Below, in pieces: positions 34,704 through 44,700 of a stretch of 64,000 nucleotides of DNA. Each line of letters starts with the position of its first letter. The first letter of the stretch is position 1. The stretch spans positions 83,931 through 147,930 of the forward strand of contig CAZNRD010000001.1 in NCBI GenBank assembly GCA_964575425.1, written 5' to 3'. Below the pieces are notes generated by a model that saw nothing but the letters and a program-made list of their open reading frames with translations, searched no databases and had not been told where the DNA came from. A program made the position numbers and the translations under genes. The DNA comes from an uncultured Anaerolineaceae bacterium. Its GTDB lineage: Bacteria > Chloroflexota > Anaerolineae > Anaerolineales > E44-bin32.

Positions 34704-36608
34704 CTAGTTGCCTGCCGCTGCCAGGCGGCGGGCATCGCCCTCGCGCACCGTCACGCCAATTGTGTCCAGGTGTTCCATCAGCGCCAGCGCATACTTGCGC
34801 GACGTCCCGAACCGATCGCGCGCTTCCGCCACTGTGATCGAGCCCCGCTCCCGGATCATCTGCTCTACCTGCTCCACCGTGCGCTCATAGACCCGGCTCT
34901 CGAGCAGGACATCTTCCGAGAGGCGAATCAGCCGACCGCTTTCGATGAGATGGTTGAGGAGTTCCTCACCCAGGGCGGCAATGCATTCCTTGACCGACGG
35001 CGTCGCGTAGGGCGCCTGGCGAAATCGCTCGAGCAGGGCCTCGGCGTCGGCCTGCTGTCGCGCTGTCAGGATCACCGCACGTCCTGACAACCGGATACGT
35101 GGCCCGTCTTCGCTGATCACCCCTTCGACCGCCGCTTCAGCCAACACGGCAGCGAAGGCCTTCGCCTCCAGCCCCAACCGGGCCCTCAGTTCCTGTCGAG
35201 GCATGCCCGCCCGCAAAGGATACGCGTCGTGATACGCCCCCAGTATCGCCTTGATACGCGCTAGCAGCGATTCCCACGATGCCCGTTCCATGACGAGCGC
35301 TGCTGACTCCGGCGTCGGAATCTCCTGGTTGAGGACAATGAGCCGGCGCTCTTCGCTCAGCCTCGCGATCGCCTGCCGTGCGTCCTCTGGATCGAGCGCT
35401 GCCCGCCGCACGGCATCGGCCATCGCTACCGGCCCAGGCCCTGCCAGCGCCTCGGCAAGCCGATCGGCCGGCGTGCCGCGCAGCCCTCGTTCCAGGCGTT
35501 CAAGGACGGCTGCATCCCGCCGACGGTGCAGCCGCGGCGGATGGGGGTCCACCACCTGCCCACCGCCCAGGGTCTCTCCCGGCGACGGCCGCCGCAGGAT
35601 GAAGTGGTCCCCGCGATCTGCCACGACTGGCTCCCTCAGGACGAGCTGAAGCCACGCTGTCTCACCCGGCACGATCTCCTCCACCCCTAGCACGCGCACT
35701 CTTCCCAAGCGCTGCGCAGACCCGATGAACACCTTGACCTGCTGATCGTGGCCCAGCGGAGACGTCAAATCGGGCAGCAATCGAAAGCGGACGTCGAGCA
35801 GGCGGGTTGGGCGATAGGTGCCCGGCTTCACGACGACGTCGCCGCGACGGAGTCCCCGCACCTCGACGCCGCCTAGGTTCGCCGCAGTCCGGCTCCCCGG
35901 GACGGCACGCTCGACCTTGTGCTTGTGAGTCTGCAACCCACGGATGCGAGCATGGTGCCCTGCTGGAAGGATCTCCACCTCCTCGCCAACATCCAGGGAG
36001 CCACCGGTCAGGGTTCCCGTGACGACGGTGCCAAATCCTGCAATGGTAAACGCCCGGTCGATCGGCAGCCGTGGCTGTCCGCGGTCGGGCCGGAGGGGAA
36101 TCATCTCGACGGCGGACGCCAGCTCTCTCTTCAACTCGTTCAGGCCTTGGCCGGTCACGCCCGAGACCCCGATGATCGGCGCATTGGCCAGCCGCGTGGC
36201 CTTGAGCAGTTCCCGCACCTCCTCACTGACCAGCTGCAGCCACGAGGGATCTTCCACCAAGTCACACTTCGTCAGGGCCACAACGCCGCGAGGCACTTCC
36301 AGCAGGTCGAGGATGGCGAGGTGCTCGCGCGTCTGGGGCATGACTCCTTCGTCGGCCGCCACCACCAGGAGGGCGGCGTCGATGCCCGTGACCCCGGCCA
36401 ACATGTTCTCGATGAAATCGCGATGGCCAGGAACGTCGACGAAACCAACCTCCTCTCCCCCTGGAAGCTGCATCCAGGCGAAGCCCAGGTCGATGGTCAT
36501 CTGGCGTTCCTGCTCTTCGCGCAGGCGATCGGGGTTGATCCCGGTCAGGACGTGGACCAGCGTGGACTTACCGTGATCGACGTGACCCGCAGTTCCGATG
36601 ACGCGCAT
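34704..36608 (-). CDS. selB: Selenocysteine-specific translation elongation factor SelB
   Basis: 634 aa. G domain (GTAGHVDHGKSTL, DVPGH, TKCD), beta-barrel domains and C-terminal winged-helix repeats (GTSRKYALALMEHLD). Confidence 0.9.
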   Translation of the reverse strand: MRVIGTAGHVDHGKSTLVHVLTGINPDRLREEQERQMTIDLGFAWMQLPGGEEVGFVDVPGHRDFIENMLAGVTGIDAALLVVAADEGVMPQTREHLAILDLLEVPRGVVALTKCDLVEDPSWLQLVSEEVRELLKATRLANAPIIGVSGVTGQGLNELKRELASAVEMIPLRPDRGQPRLPIDRAFTIAGFGTVVTGTLTGGSLDVGEEVEILPAGHHARIRGLQTHKHKVERAVPGSRTAANLGGVEVRGLRRGDVVVKPGTYRPTRLLDVRFRLLPDLTSPLGHDQQVKVFIGSAQRLGRVRVLGVEEIVPGETAWLQLVLREPVVADRGDHFILRRPSPGETLGGGQVVDPHPPRLHRRRDAAVLERLERGLRGTPADRLAEALAGPGPVAMADAVRRAALDPEDARQAIARLSEERRLIVLNQEIPTPESAALVMERASWESLLARIKAILGAYHDAYPLRAGMPRQELRARLGLEAKAFAAVLAEAAVEGVISEDGPRIRLSGRAVILTARQQADAEALLERFRQAPYATPSVKECIAALGEELLNHLIESGRLIRLSEDVLLESRVYERTVEQVEQMIRERGSITVAEARDRFGTSRKYALALMEHLDTIGVTVREGDARRLAAAGN

Positions 36609-36638
36609 GATCGGGTCAGAACGCCTTCGGGCTCAAGG

Positions 36639-37817
36639 TCAGCGGATGGCCTCCGTCCGTTCCTCGGCCTCCGCCGCCCATTCTCTCAGGAGCGTCAGCA
36701 GCGCCGATAGGTGCTGCTGCGTGCTCCCTCTCAGATCGGCCAGCGACCGGAGGGCTGTCTCCATCCCCGTGTTCAGGCTCTCGACTTCCGCCGCCAGCCG
36801 GGTGTGGAGACGGGAGTGTTCGCGCCATTGCTCATCACGGGTGAGCTTGTCGGTGTTCCAGCGTTTCTGTTCATCGGCGAGGAAGGCCACCCACTCCTGT
36901 TTGAACCGGTCTTCGGCCAGGCGCTGCATCTCGCCGATCTCGCTGATCCTTCTCTCAAGCCGCTCAAGTAGTGCATCGAGCTTCTCACGCTGCTGACGCA
37001 GGCCGCGGTAGGTCTCGTCGTAGGCGACCATGCGCTCTTCCAGGTCGAGCGCCATCTTCTCGAAGCTCTCGAATCGCCGGTTCCATTCCTTCGCCCCACG
37101 CTCAAACTCGACCTGTCGCAGATTCTGCTGTTCCATCCACAGCGTGAGGGCTTCTCGCCGTTCGGCTTCGCCCCCACCAAGCTCCGCAGCGCGCACCTCG
37201 AGGCGGCGGACCCGGTCCTCGACGGTGTCGATCGCGCCTCGCGTGGCTTCAAGGCGAGACCGCAGTTCGCTCAGGTCTCCCTGCAGCTCAGCCACGCGCT
37301 TCCCGTCCTGCTTGCGCCCCTCTTCGAACGAAGTCATCCACCGCGTCTTGTCTTCATCGCGCGAGCGCAGGTCTTCGACGCCCCTGGAGATGCTGTCCAG
37401 CGTCCGAGTCACGCGGGCTTCCTCTTCGCGCCGCGCTTCCAGGGCCTGCCGCAGTTCGGAAAGCCGATGGACCTCACTCTTCACTTCGGCCAACGACTTT
37501 GCCAGGTCCGCTTGATCGCGCTTGCGGGCCTGCTCCAGCAGCTTCTCCTTCGCCGAGCGGGCCTCCTCCGCCTCCCCGAGCAGGCGGGCCACTTCCATAC
37601 GGTGCTTGCTCAGGGCCTCATCGAACTGGGGGATGCGCGCGGCGAGAGCCGAGAGGCGGGCGCTCTCGCCGGCCAGGTCTTGAACCTGCCTGGCACCCTT
37701 GGCCACGTTGTCTTCGAGCGCCGCAAGCCGCTGCTCCAGGCGTTGGAGGCGCTCCGCATCCTTGCGGCGCTGTTCGTCCAGCCAGTCGAGCCGCTTGTCC
37801 ACCTGCTCGGGTTTCAT
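36639..37817 (-). CDS. Soluble coiled-coil protein, function unknown
   Basis: 392 aa, extremely E/R/L/A-rich with heptad-like periodicity. No transmembrane segment or enzymatic motif. Confidence 0.6.
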   Translation of the reverse strand: MKPEQVDKRLDWLDEQRRKDAERLQRLEQRLAALEDNVAKGARQVQDLAGESARLSALAARIPQFDEALSKHRMEVARLLGEAEEARSAKEKLLEQARKRDQADLAKSLAEVKSEVHRLSELRQALEARREEEARVTRTLDSISRGVEDLRSRDEDKTRWMTSFEEGRKQDGKRVAELQGDLSELRSRLEATRGAIDTVEDRVRRLEVRAAELGGGEAERREALTLWMEQQNLRQVEFERGAKEWNRRFESFEKMALDLEERMVAYDETYRGLRQQREKLDALLERLERRISEIGEMQRLAEDRFKQEWVAFLADEQKRWNTDKLTRDEQWREHSRLHTRLAAEVESLNTGMETALRSLADLRGSTQQHLSALLTLLREWAAEAEERTEAIR

Positions 37818-37886
37818 CCCGGGTCCTCCCTGGACGGCCGGGCAATTATAGCATGCGGGTCGCGGCGAAGCCGCCGCCGGCTTCGC

Positions 37887-39281
37887 TCAAGGCACGAGGT
37901 TGGAGAGTCCGTGTGCAGCGAGGAAGACGGAAGAAAGCAACTGCGGGAAAGCCCCGAGGACGAAACAGGCCGCGATGCCGCCAATGAGGATGAACGATCG
38001 GGCAACCGGCACAGCCTCCGCCTGTCCCGGGGTTTCGGCATAGAGGAGGAGCCGCAGCCAGCGAACAGCAACGGCGGCGACTGCCAGGACGCCAAAAAGA
38101 ACCGACCCTCTCACCCACGCATCGCCCTGTGCCAGGATTGGCAGCAGGGCCCAGCGCGGCGGGAAACCGGCCGTCAGTGGGAACCCGCCAATGGTCAGCA
38201 CACCCACCAGGGCCGCGGCCGCCGCCAGGGGCGCACGTGCCGCTGTCCCCCTCAGCGCGATCGCGTCGGCCCCCCCGCCCACACCGATCAGCCCCACCAG
38301 GCCCAGGGCGCATACCGTGAACCCAACCACGTGCGCACTGACCAACCCCAGGGCGGCCTGGTATCCGTGCGCGGTCTGTGTGCCGATCGCGACGAGCGTC
38401 ACCCCATAGCCCGTGAGCACCGTGTACGCCAGCATCCGCGGGAACGACCTTTGCGAAAGCGCCGCCAAAGAGCCGTAGAGGGTCATTACAGCGCCGACAC
38501 CGCTCATCGCGGAGAACAAGGCCGGGTCGGAACGAATCCACTCGTAGCTATCGAGAAACTTCAACACGAAGAAGACACCCGCACTCTGCATCAGGGTCGC
38601 CACGAACGCGAGGCTGTAAGGGTGCGCCCGGTCCGCAGCCGCCGGAAGCCAGTGATGAAATGGCGGCACAGCCATCACCACGCCCAGTCCAATGGAAAGC
38701 AGAAGGGCAGTTCGCAGCGCGAGGTCCGGGGCGCCGCGCGCCACGCCGACGTTATCGAGCATCCAGCCGGCCAGCAGGATCGCGAGCATGGCCAGGGTGT
38801 ACAGGGTAACCATTCGCAGAGCACCACGGGTTGAAGGATGTCCCGGCGAGACCAGGATCAGCACGCCCCCCATCGCCGCCAACTCGAGGAATACTGCCGC
38901 GAAGAGGAAAGGGCGGACCATCAGGGACGCCGCCACGACGCCGACCGACAGCACGCCCACCGAGAAGAGATACCGCTCCGGCCGCGCCGCCCATGCCCCC
39001 CCGAACACAAACGCCGAGGCCATGTACAGGAAAACCACCGCGGCACGGTTGCTCTGGTCCAGCACGAAGGCTCGGCCCAGGACCTGCCAACTGCTGGCGA
39101 ACTTGACCGAGGCGCCCAGCATGCGCAGCGGCTCGTCCAGCCTGGCAGCCAGCGTCAGACCACCGAGGACGAGACAGCCTGTCCCCACCAGCACCGCCGA
39201 TGCTGTCGGGCGGCGCCTCAACAGCACCGCCCCGACCCCCAGCAGCGCGGTGGCGGCAAGGAGCAGCAGCGGCGCGCTCAC
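37887..39281 (-). CDS. Divergent NuoN/NuoM/HyfF-like (PF00361-type) polytopic membrane protein
   Basis: 464 aa with about 14 hydrophobic helices. PPFHHWLPAAADRAHPYSLAFVATLMQSAG and GGFPLTAGFPPRW resemble the antiporter-like subunit signature. GTGA overlap with the upstream gene. Confidence 0.6.
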   Translation of the reverse strand: MSAPLLLLAATALLGVGAVLLRRRPTASAVLVGTGCLVLGGLTLAARLDEPLRMLGASVKFASSWQVLGRAFVLDQSNRAAVVFLYMASAFVFGGAWAARPERYLFSVGVLSVGVVAASLMVRPFLFAAVFLELAAMGGVLILVSPGHPSTRGALRMVTLYTLAMLAILLAGWMLDNVGVARGAPDLALRTALLLSIGLGVVMAVPPFHHWLPAAADRAHPYSLAFVATLMQSAGVFFVLKFLDSYEWIRSDPALFSAMSGVGAVMTLYGSLAALSQRSFPRMLAYTVLTGYGVTLVAIGTQTAHGYQAALGLVSAHVVGFTVCALGLVGLIGVGGGADAIALRGTAARAPLAAAAALVGVLTIGGFPLTAGFPPRWALLPILAQGDAWVRGSVLFGVLAVAAVAVRWLRLLLYAETPGQAEAVPVARSFILIGGIAACFVLGAFPQLLSSVFLAAHGLSNLVP

Positions 39282-39886
39282 AACCGCCCTTCCCCTGGCA
39301 TTTCGACAACCGCCAGCAGGAGGTAGCTGACGACCACGGCCGTTCCCAGGTGAATGGCTGCCAGCATCGCAGTCACTGCCAGCGACGGCTCGAGCAGTGC
39401 ATATGGAATCTCAAATCCGGAGAGCAGCGTGAGCATGCCGACGCCCACGCGCAAGGGTTCCTCGGTCGTCCCAAGGTGAAGAAGACCCAGGGTCACCAGG
39501 AATGCGCTGCCAAGACGACTGGCCTGCTCCAGCCCGGGCGTCAGGGACCAGGGATGGTACCCAAGCCCGACCCCGATCGCCATGACCAGAAGCACGCCCG
39601 CAATGCGGAAACCGCGCCCCGTGGGCAGCCGCGGGCCCACAGCCTCCTGCCGCGCTCCAGGGCGCGCAAACACAGTCATCGCCAGAACCGTTGTTGTCAG
39701 CAATCCGGCTGCCAACTTGGCACCGGCCATGCTCACGGGAAGCGACTGTGCCACCAGCACCGCCACAAGAGCGTATTGGGCAGCAAGCACGCCGACGAGC
39801 AGCCGTCGGCCATCCAGCAGGACGAGCAGGCCTGCTGTCAGGCCACAGCCCACGCCCGCTAGCCAAGCCCATTCACTCGTCCACAC
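39278..39886 (-). CDS. Small polytopic membrane protein (about 6 helices), possibly HyfE-like
   Basis: 202 aa, entirely hydrophobic helices with short loops. The size and its position between two antiporter-like genes are the only clues. Confidence 0.5.
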   Translation of the reverse strand: MWTSEWAWLAGVGCGLTAGLLVLLDGRRLLVGVLAAQYALVAVLVAQSLPVSMAGAKLAAGLLTTTVLAMTVFARPGARQEAVGPRLPTGRGFRIAGVLLVMAIGVGLGYHPWSLTPGLEQASRLGSAFLVTLGLLHLGTTEEPLRVGVGMLTLLSGFEIPYALLEPSLAVTAMLAAIHLGTAVVVSYLLLAVVEMPGEGRL

Positions 39887-39898
39887 GGCCGCGACACC

Positions 39899-41452
39899 TC
39901 ACTGGAGAGAGAGCACCACCAAGAGAACGACGACATAGGTCCACAACATCGCACCCTCGCCCTCCAGCGCCCCTGTGAGGCCCTCGAACCATCGGGTGAG
40001 GCGGCGATATCCGGTCCGTAGAAGCCGGTAGACCGGAGTCGGATCCGCGAGCGTGAGAATCCGCTGCAGGCGAGCCAGATGGCGCCCGGGCACGCGCACG
40101 CCGAGCCACATCCCAAGCGCTGACAGTCCGATGGCCATCACAGAGACACCCAGGCCCGCACCGGTGAAGCTGTGACGCGTCCATAGTCCCAGCCCCAGGC
40201 CGGCGAGCGTGGGCAGCAGCAGGCCAGCCCCGTACATCAACTGCACGAGGCTTTCACTGGTCGGCCAGGGCGAGGATGCGGCCGTCACCGCGCGCCCAGC
40301 ACTGGCAATCATCAGGGCCATCCCCAAGACGCCCGCGATAGCCACCCACCATGTCGCAGCGTCTGTGAATCCCGACCCGAACACTGCCGCCAGCCTGCCG
40401 CCGATCGATCCCGGCATACCCGCCAGCAGCAGTCCCCCGGCGGCAAGCCAGAGGCGGTGCATTGGCGTGTGGATCTCAGCCATCGACACGACACCACCCG
40501 AGAGCAACAACAGAGCGCCGGTGACCCCCAATACGTCCTCTGCCGACTGCACCTGCAACGTTGCTGCCAACGCCCCCACCCCCGTCAGCCCCAGGACCAG
40601 AAACCATCGCCCCACAATCGGATCTCGCGCCAGCGCCCAACGGACCGCGCCCAACGCCAAGCCTGCCACCCCTGCCGCCCGAAACCAGGGCACCAGCTCA
40701 AGCGGCACCGCTGACCCCAGCGCCCGGCCAAGCACGCACAGCGCCGCGGCCGGCGGCAACAGCTGCAGCAGCGTGCCGAGCCCGTGTCGAACACGCGGGG
40801 AGGGAAGGGCAAAGTGCGGAGGCATCAGCCCCAGGTGCAGCAAAGTCGCCAGACTCACAAGCCCCACGGCAGCTGGCGATGCCAGACCGCCGGCCAGTGT
40901 CGCCTGCCCGCCACCGGACCAGTCTTCCGCCGCTGCTGCCACGACCAGGACGATTGCAGTGCTGTCCAGCGCAGTGCGTGTCACCAGCGCTTGCCTCGAT
41001 TCCGCCCCCGACGCTGTCCTGATCAGGAAGGCCAGCGTGGCTGCGTCCATCAGGGCCCACGTGGTGGCAACCGTCAGCAGGTTGCCGGAGGACATCGCCG
41101 TCAGCCCTAGAGCTGTGTAGACGATCATCATGACCCGGCTGTGGGGATCGGCCTCTCCAGGTCGGGCCGCTCCGGTCATCGTCACCGCCAGCAACAGCGT
41201 GACGGTGCTGTATCCCATTGTCCACCCGATAGAGTCGAGCACAAGCTCGAGGCGGGAATTGAACAGATCGACAGGTCGCCACACCGACAGGCTTGCCGCG
41301 GTCGGCACCGCGCTGCCGAGGGCAAGCATCGCCGCCCACGCGACTGCGGCTGTCCCGACAGCGATGCCCCACAGCGCCCGCTCATGGCTGCGGCGGGCGA
41401 GCCAGGTGATCAGAGCACCGATCAGAAGCAGGACGATGGGAATCGTTGGCAC
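39899..41452 (-). CDS. Highly divergent NuoL/M/N / HyfD-like polytopic membrane protein
   Basis: 517 aa, GTG start. LHLGLMPPHFALPSP and LLLAGMPGSIGGRL are degenerate versions of the PF00361 motifs. Confidence 0.5.
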   Translation of the reverse strand: MPTIPIVLLLIGALITWLARRSHERALWGIAVGTAAVAWAAMLALGSAVPTAASLSVWRPVDLFNSRLELVLDSIGWTMGYSTVTLLLAVTMTGAARPGEADPHSRVMMIVYTALGLTAMSSGNLLTVATTWALMDAATLAFLIRTASGAESRQALVTRTALDSTAIVLVVAAAAEDWSGGGQATLAGGLASPAAVGLVSLATLLHLGLMPPHFALPSPRVRHGLGTLLQLLPPAAALCVLGRALGSAVPLELVPWFRAAGVAGLALGAVRWALARDPIVGRWFLVLGLTGVGALAATLQVQSAEDVLGVTGALLLLSGGVVSMAEIHTPMHRLWLAAGGLLLAGMPGSIGGRLAAVFGSGFTDAATWWVAIAGVLGMALMIASAGRAVTAASSPWPTSESLVQLMYGAGLLLPTLAGLGLGLWTRHSFTGAGLGVSVMAIGLSALGMWLGVRVPGRHLARLQRILTLADPTPVYRLLRTGYRRLTRWFEGLTGALEGEGAMLWTYVVVLLVVLSLQ

Positions 41453-41496
41453 GGGATGAGATCTGCCAGACGCCGGGCCGGCAAGCGCTGCGCCTT

Positions 41497-41505
41497 AGGA
41501 TACCA
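41497..41505 (-). promoter_or_regulatory. Extended -10-like TGgTATCCT (minus strand) upstream of the membrane-protein operon
   Basis: Minus strand reads CACTGTGGTATCCTAAGG, about 45 nt upstream of the GTG at 41452. Confidence 0.3.
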
Positions 41506-41715
41506 CAGTGGCCATCGCAAGTCGCAGCGCCATGTCCCTGCGGCAACCGACTGGCAGCCTCCCTCACAGCCTACTGGCCGGCGAATGGCCTTGGCACGCT
41601 GGTCTCGGCTGTAAGCAGGCTGGCGGAATGCACACCTGGACAAGATCCACGAGGACCACCAAACTCCCCGTGGAACTGTGGCAGACGCGTGTGACCTTGG
41701 CGGAGCGCGAAGCCA

Positions 41716-41764
41716 CCGCCAGGGAAGTGGCTCTGCAGCATTAGGAGCGCCACTGCCCTGGCGG
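41716..41764 (-). terminator. Long GC-rich hairpin just downstream of the 1106-aa gene (no U tract)
   Basis: Arms CCGCCAGGG-a-AGTGGC and GCCACT-g-CCCTGGCGG with a 17-nt loop. It starts 24 nt after the stop at 41788. Confidence 0.4.
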
Positions 41765-41787
41765 CGAGCGGAATCAATCTCTTCCGG

Positions 41788-44700
41788 CTACGCCTTCGGC
41801 GCCGCTCGTGGCCGTCGGCGCAATAGACCGATTGTTATCAGCCCCAGCCCCATCACCACCAGCGCGCCGGCTGCCAAGACGACCCACAGCGGGATCGGTA
41901 TCTCGGCCGCCGCCTGAACGCTGAACACGGCGTCGGAGACATCTTGGCCGGTGTTCACGCCATCCGTGACGCGCACCTTGATGCGGTACGCGTCGCCAAC
42001 CGGGAGACCGTCCGTGTCTACCCGGTAGCTGGTGCCAGCGATGTCAATCGCCAGAGGCATCCAGAGCTGGCCATCGTCATTGCTGATCCACAGCGCGTAC
42101 GAGAGCGCGTCGCCGTCCGGATCCTCGCCCGACCAGCGGACCTCTTGGCGAGATCCACGCGTCCACCGCTCGCCCCCATTGGGCGCCAGCAGCTGTACAC
42201 GCGGCCCATGGGCCGACACCGTCCGGCTGGCTAGCACGCCCCCAGCCGCTTCGCGCAGTTCGATGGCGGCGATGCCGTCCACCCAGGCCACGCGGAACGA
42301 GAAGTAGTACGTGTCAACCGGCACCGCGCCCTCCGGCTCGGGCATGTAGCGCGTGAAGACCGGTGTGAAACCGTGGCTCGCCAGAACCTGCCCCGCCGCA
42401 TCCAGGAAGACGACCGCGTGTGTGCCTGGCGCGCCCGGCTGCAGATCGACGATCGCCTGTTCGACACGCAGGAATGGCGAAAAGGCCGCCGTCCCCTGCG
42501 CCGTCATGCTTCCGCGAACGACCACCGCCGCCGGATCGGCGGCATCGCGCAGACGGTTGATCAACTGCCGGTAGGCGGCGCTGGACTCCACTCCCTCATG
42601 CGTTTCGCAGCGCTCCAGCCTGGCCCAAATGGTGGCAGGGTCGGCGACACACCACATGTAGTACATGGCCGATTCGTCGTATGGCTGCCATTGATTGACC
42701 CAGAAACCCTCGCTCGCCGCACAGCTCTCGCACGTCAGGTCCCCATGGTCCTTGCAGCCAGGGCTGCCGTCCGCGTAGGTGCACAAGTAGCAGTCCCGTG
42801 CACCGATGTCCTGGTGCCCCAGTTCGTGCACCACATTGCCATCGGGTGCCCCGTTCTCCTCAACGTAGAAGGCGATCCCGTCCCAGTCGCAGCCGCAGCA
42901 ACCGAAGGGCTGCACCATGGCGACGGCATGGGCATCGCTGGTGGCTTCATCCGCCTGAATCATCGCGCTCATCAGGTTCAGAAAGCACGGATTGCAGCCC
43001 TTCTCTTTCTCCAGGGCCGCATCCCAGCAATCCCGGGTGTTTCTTTCGTAGTCAGCCTGGTAGTCGGCCCGGTAGTACATCGTATTGAACACTCTCCAGG
43101 TGACCTTAGTGTCCGCCACCGGGTAGGTCCCCAGCAGGTAGTCCATCTGCTGCGCGGCGTAGTCTGGCAGAAGGTCGAGGAACGCGTTCTCATCAGCGAG
43201 GGTGTTGATCCGGCCGGGTGTGACGCCGGGCCGGGCATGTTCCACAAATTGATCGTGGTCCCACACCTGGCCGATGAATACGATGCGGACACCCCTCGTG
43301 GTCTCCGTCCGGTAGGGGCCCGAACGAAACGCGTTGTTGCCCTCGTCGGTCTCACCGAAAACACGGCGCGGATCGACCTCCACGGAGAACGAGACGTCGC
43401 GGGCGGACGGCCGCGGCACCACGCGCACGACGCCGAGCTTGCCGAACGGGTTCTCGGTCGGGTGGAAGGCGCTCTCCGTGTTCCTGTCCTGGACGTAGGG
43501 CAGCATGACGACGTGCTCGCGCGCGTTGGCGGGGATAGTGGCCGGACCGGAGATATCCGGCATCGACCACCCCGGAAAGGAGGGAAAGCCCGGGACCGGC
43601 GGCGCGCCCGTGTCCCACTGGTCCGGCGGGAGCGTGAGGCGGAATTCCGCCTCAACCTCGCACGGATAGGTGGAGTTGACCCTCACCCGGAATGCCGTGC
43701 CCTTGCCCACGATCAGCGGCGCGCCGTAGACCACCTGCACCGGCTCTGCGCTTACGACCTCCAAATCTCCCGCGCGGACGACGAAGTTGACATGGCTGGC
43801 GCCCCGGTTGCCCGCCGCGTCCCAGGCGCGGACCTCGATCAGGTTCCCGCTGCAGTTCACCAGATCGGAAGCCGGGATGGCATTCAGAAAGAACCCATAC
43901 TGCGTTTCGGCAAGGTGTGAAAAACCGAGCTCTGTGTACAGGGCGCCGTTCAGCCATAGCTCCACCCGCGCCAGTTCGCGGTCCTCGACGATTGTCCCGT
44001 CCAGGCGCACGAAGGTGTCCGTGATCAAGGCATGACCCGGCGGGTTCGTGATGGTGACCACCGGTGGCAGATCATCTGCCGGCACGGGCACAGGCACCAT
44101 CGGTCCCCGGATGATGAGGTTGTCGATCACCTCACCTTCAGCGACCCCGCCCTCGCCCGGGGCCGTGTTGTAGTCGATCGTCACCTCGAAGATGCGTCCC
44201 GGGGCGCTGACGCTGAGGCAGGTTTCGATCGGGACCGGTATCAACGCGCCGTGTCTGTCCCGATCGGCAAGGAGTGTCTCCTCGTCCCTTGCCACCACAA
44301 CGCGCCGCCCGCTGTCGTCCAGGCCGTACGCGGTCAACGTGGCAACGAAAGGCCTGTCGAGCCAGACCCATTCCGGAAGCCCGACGAACACGCCGACGAA
44401 GTCGACCAGGTTCTCGAAACTGATGCGGATGGGGATGTTGATGCTGCCGAACTCACGGCCCCGCGAGTCGTTCAGCAGGGCGCGCGACTCGGAGCGGGTC
44501 TCCACGGTAGGGTCAACGACCGTCAGGAAATCATCCCCGAGCAACCTGATTCCCTGAGGCAGTCGCACGCCGCGCAGGTCCGCGCCCACCGGGAAATCCT
44601 CGAAGTCGATGACGATCTCTCCCGCCCGGCCGGTCGGGTCGCAGGCCGTGGGCATCTCCCACTCCATGGGCACGAACGTCGGTGTTGCTGTGGGGGGCCG

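Noticed and set aside
41571-41777. 68-codon ORF, and a 12-codon mini-ORF, in the 335-bp spacer upstream of the membrane-protein operon.
   Set aside because: The composition is not protein-like, there is no ribosome-binding site, and the ORF overlaps the terminator hairpin of the upstream gene. The spacer is better explained as terminator plus promoter.
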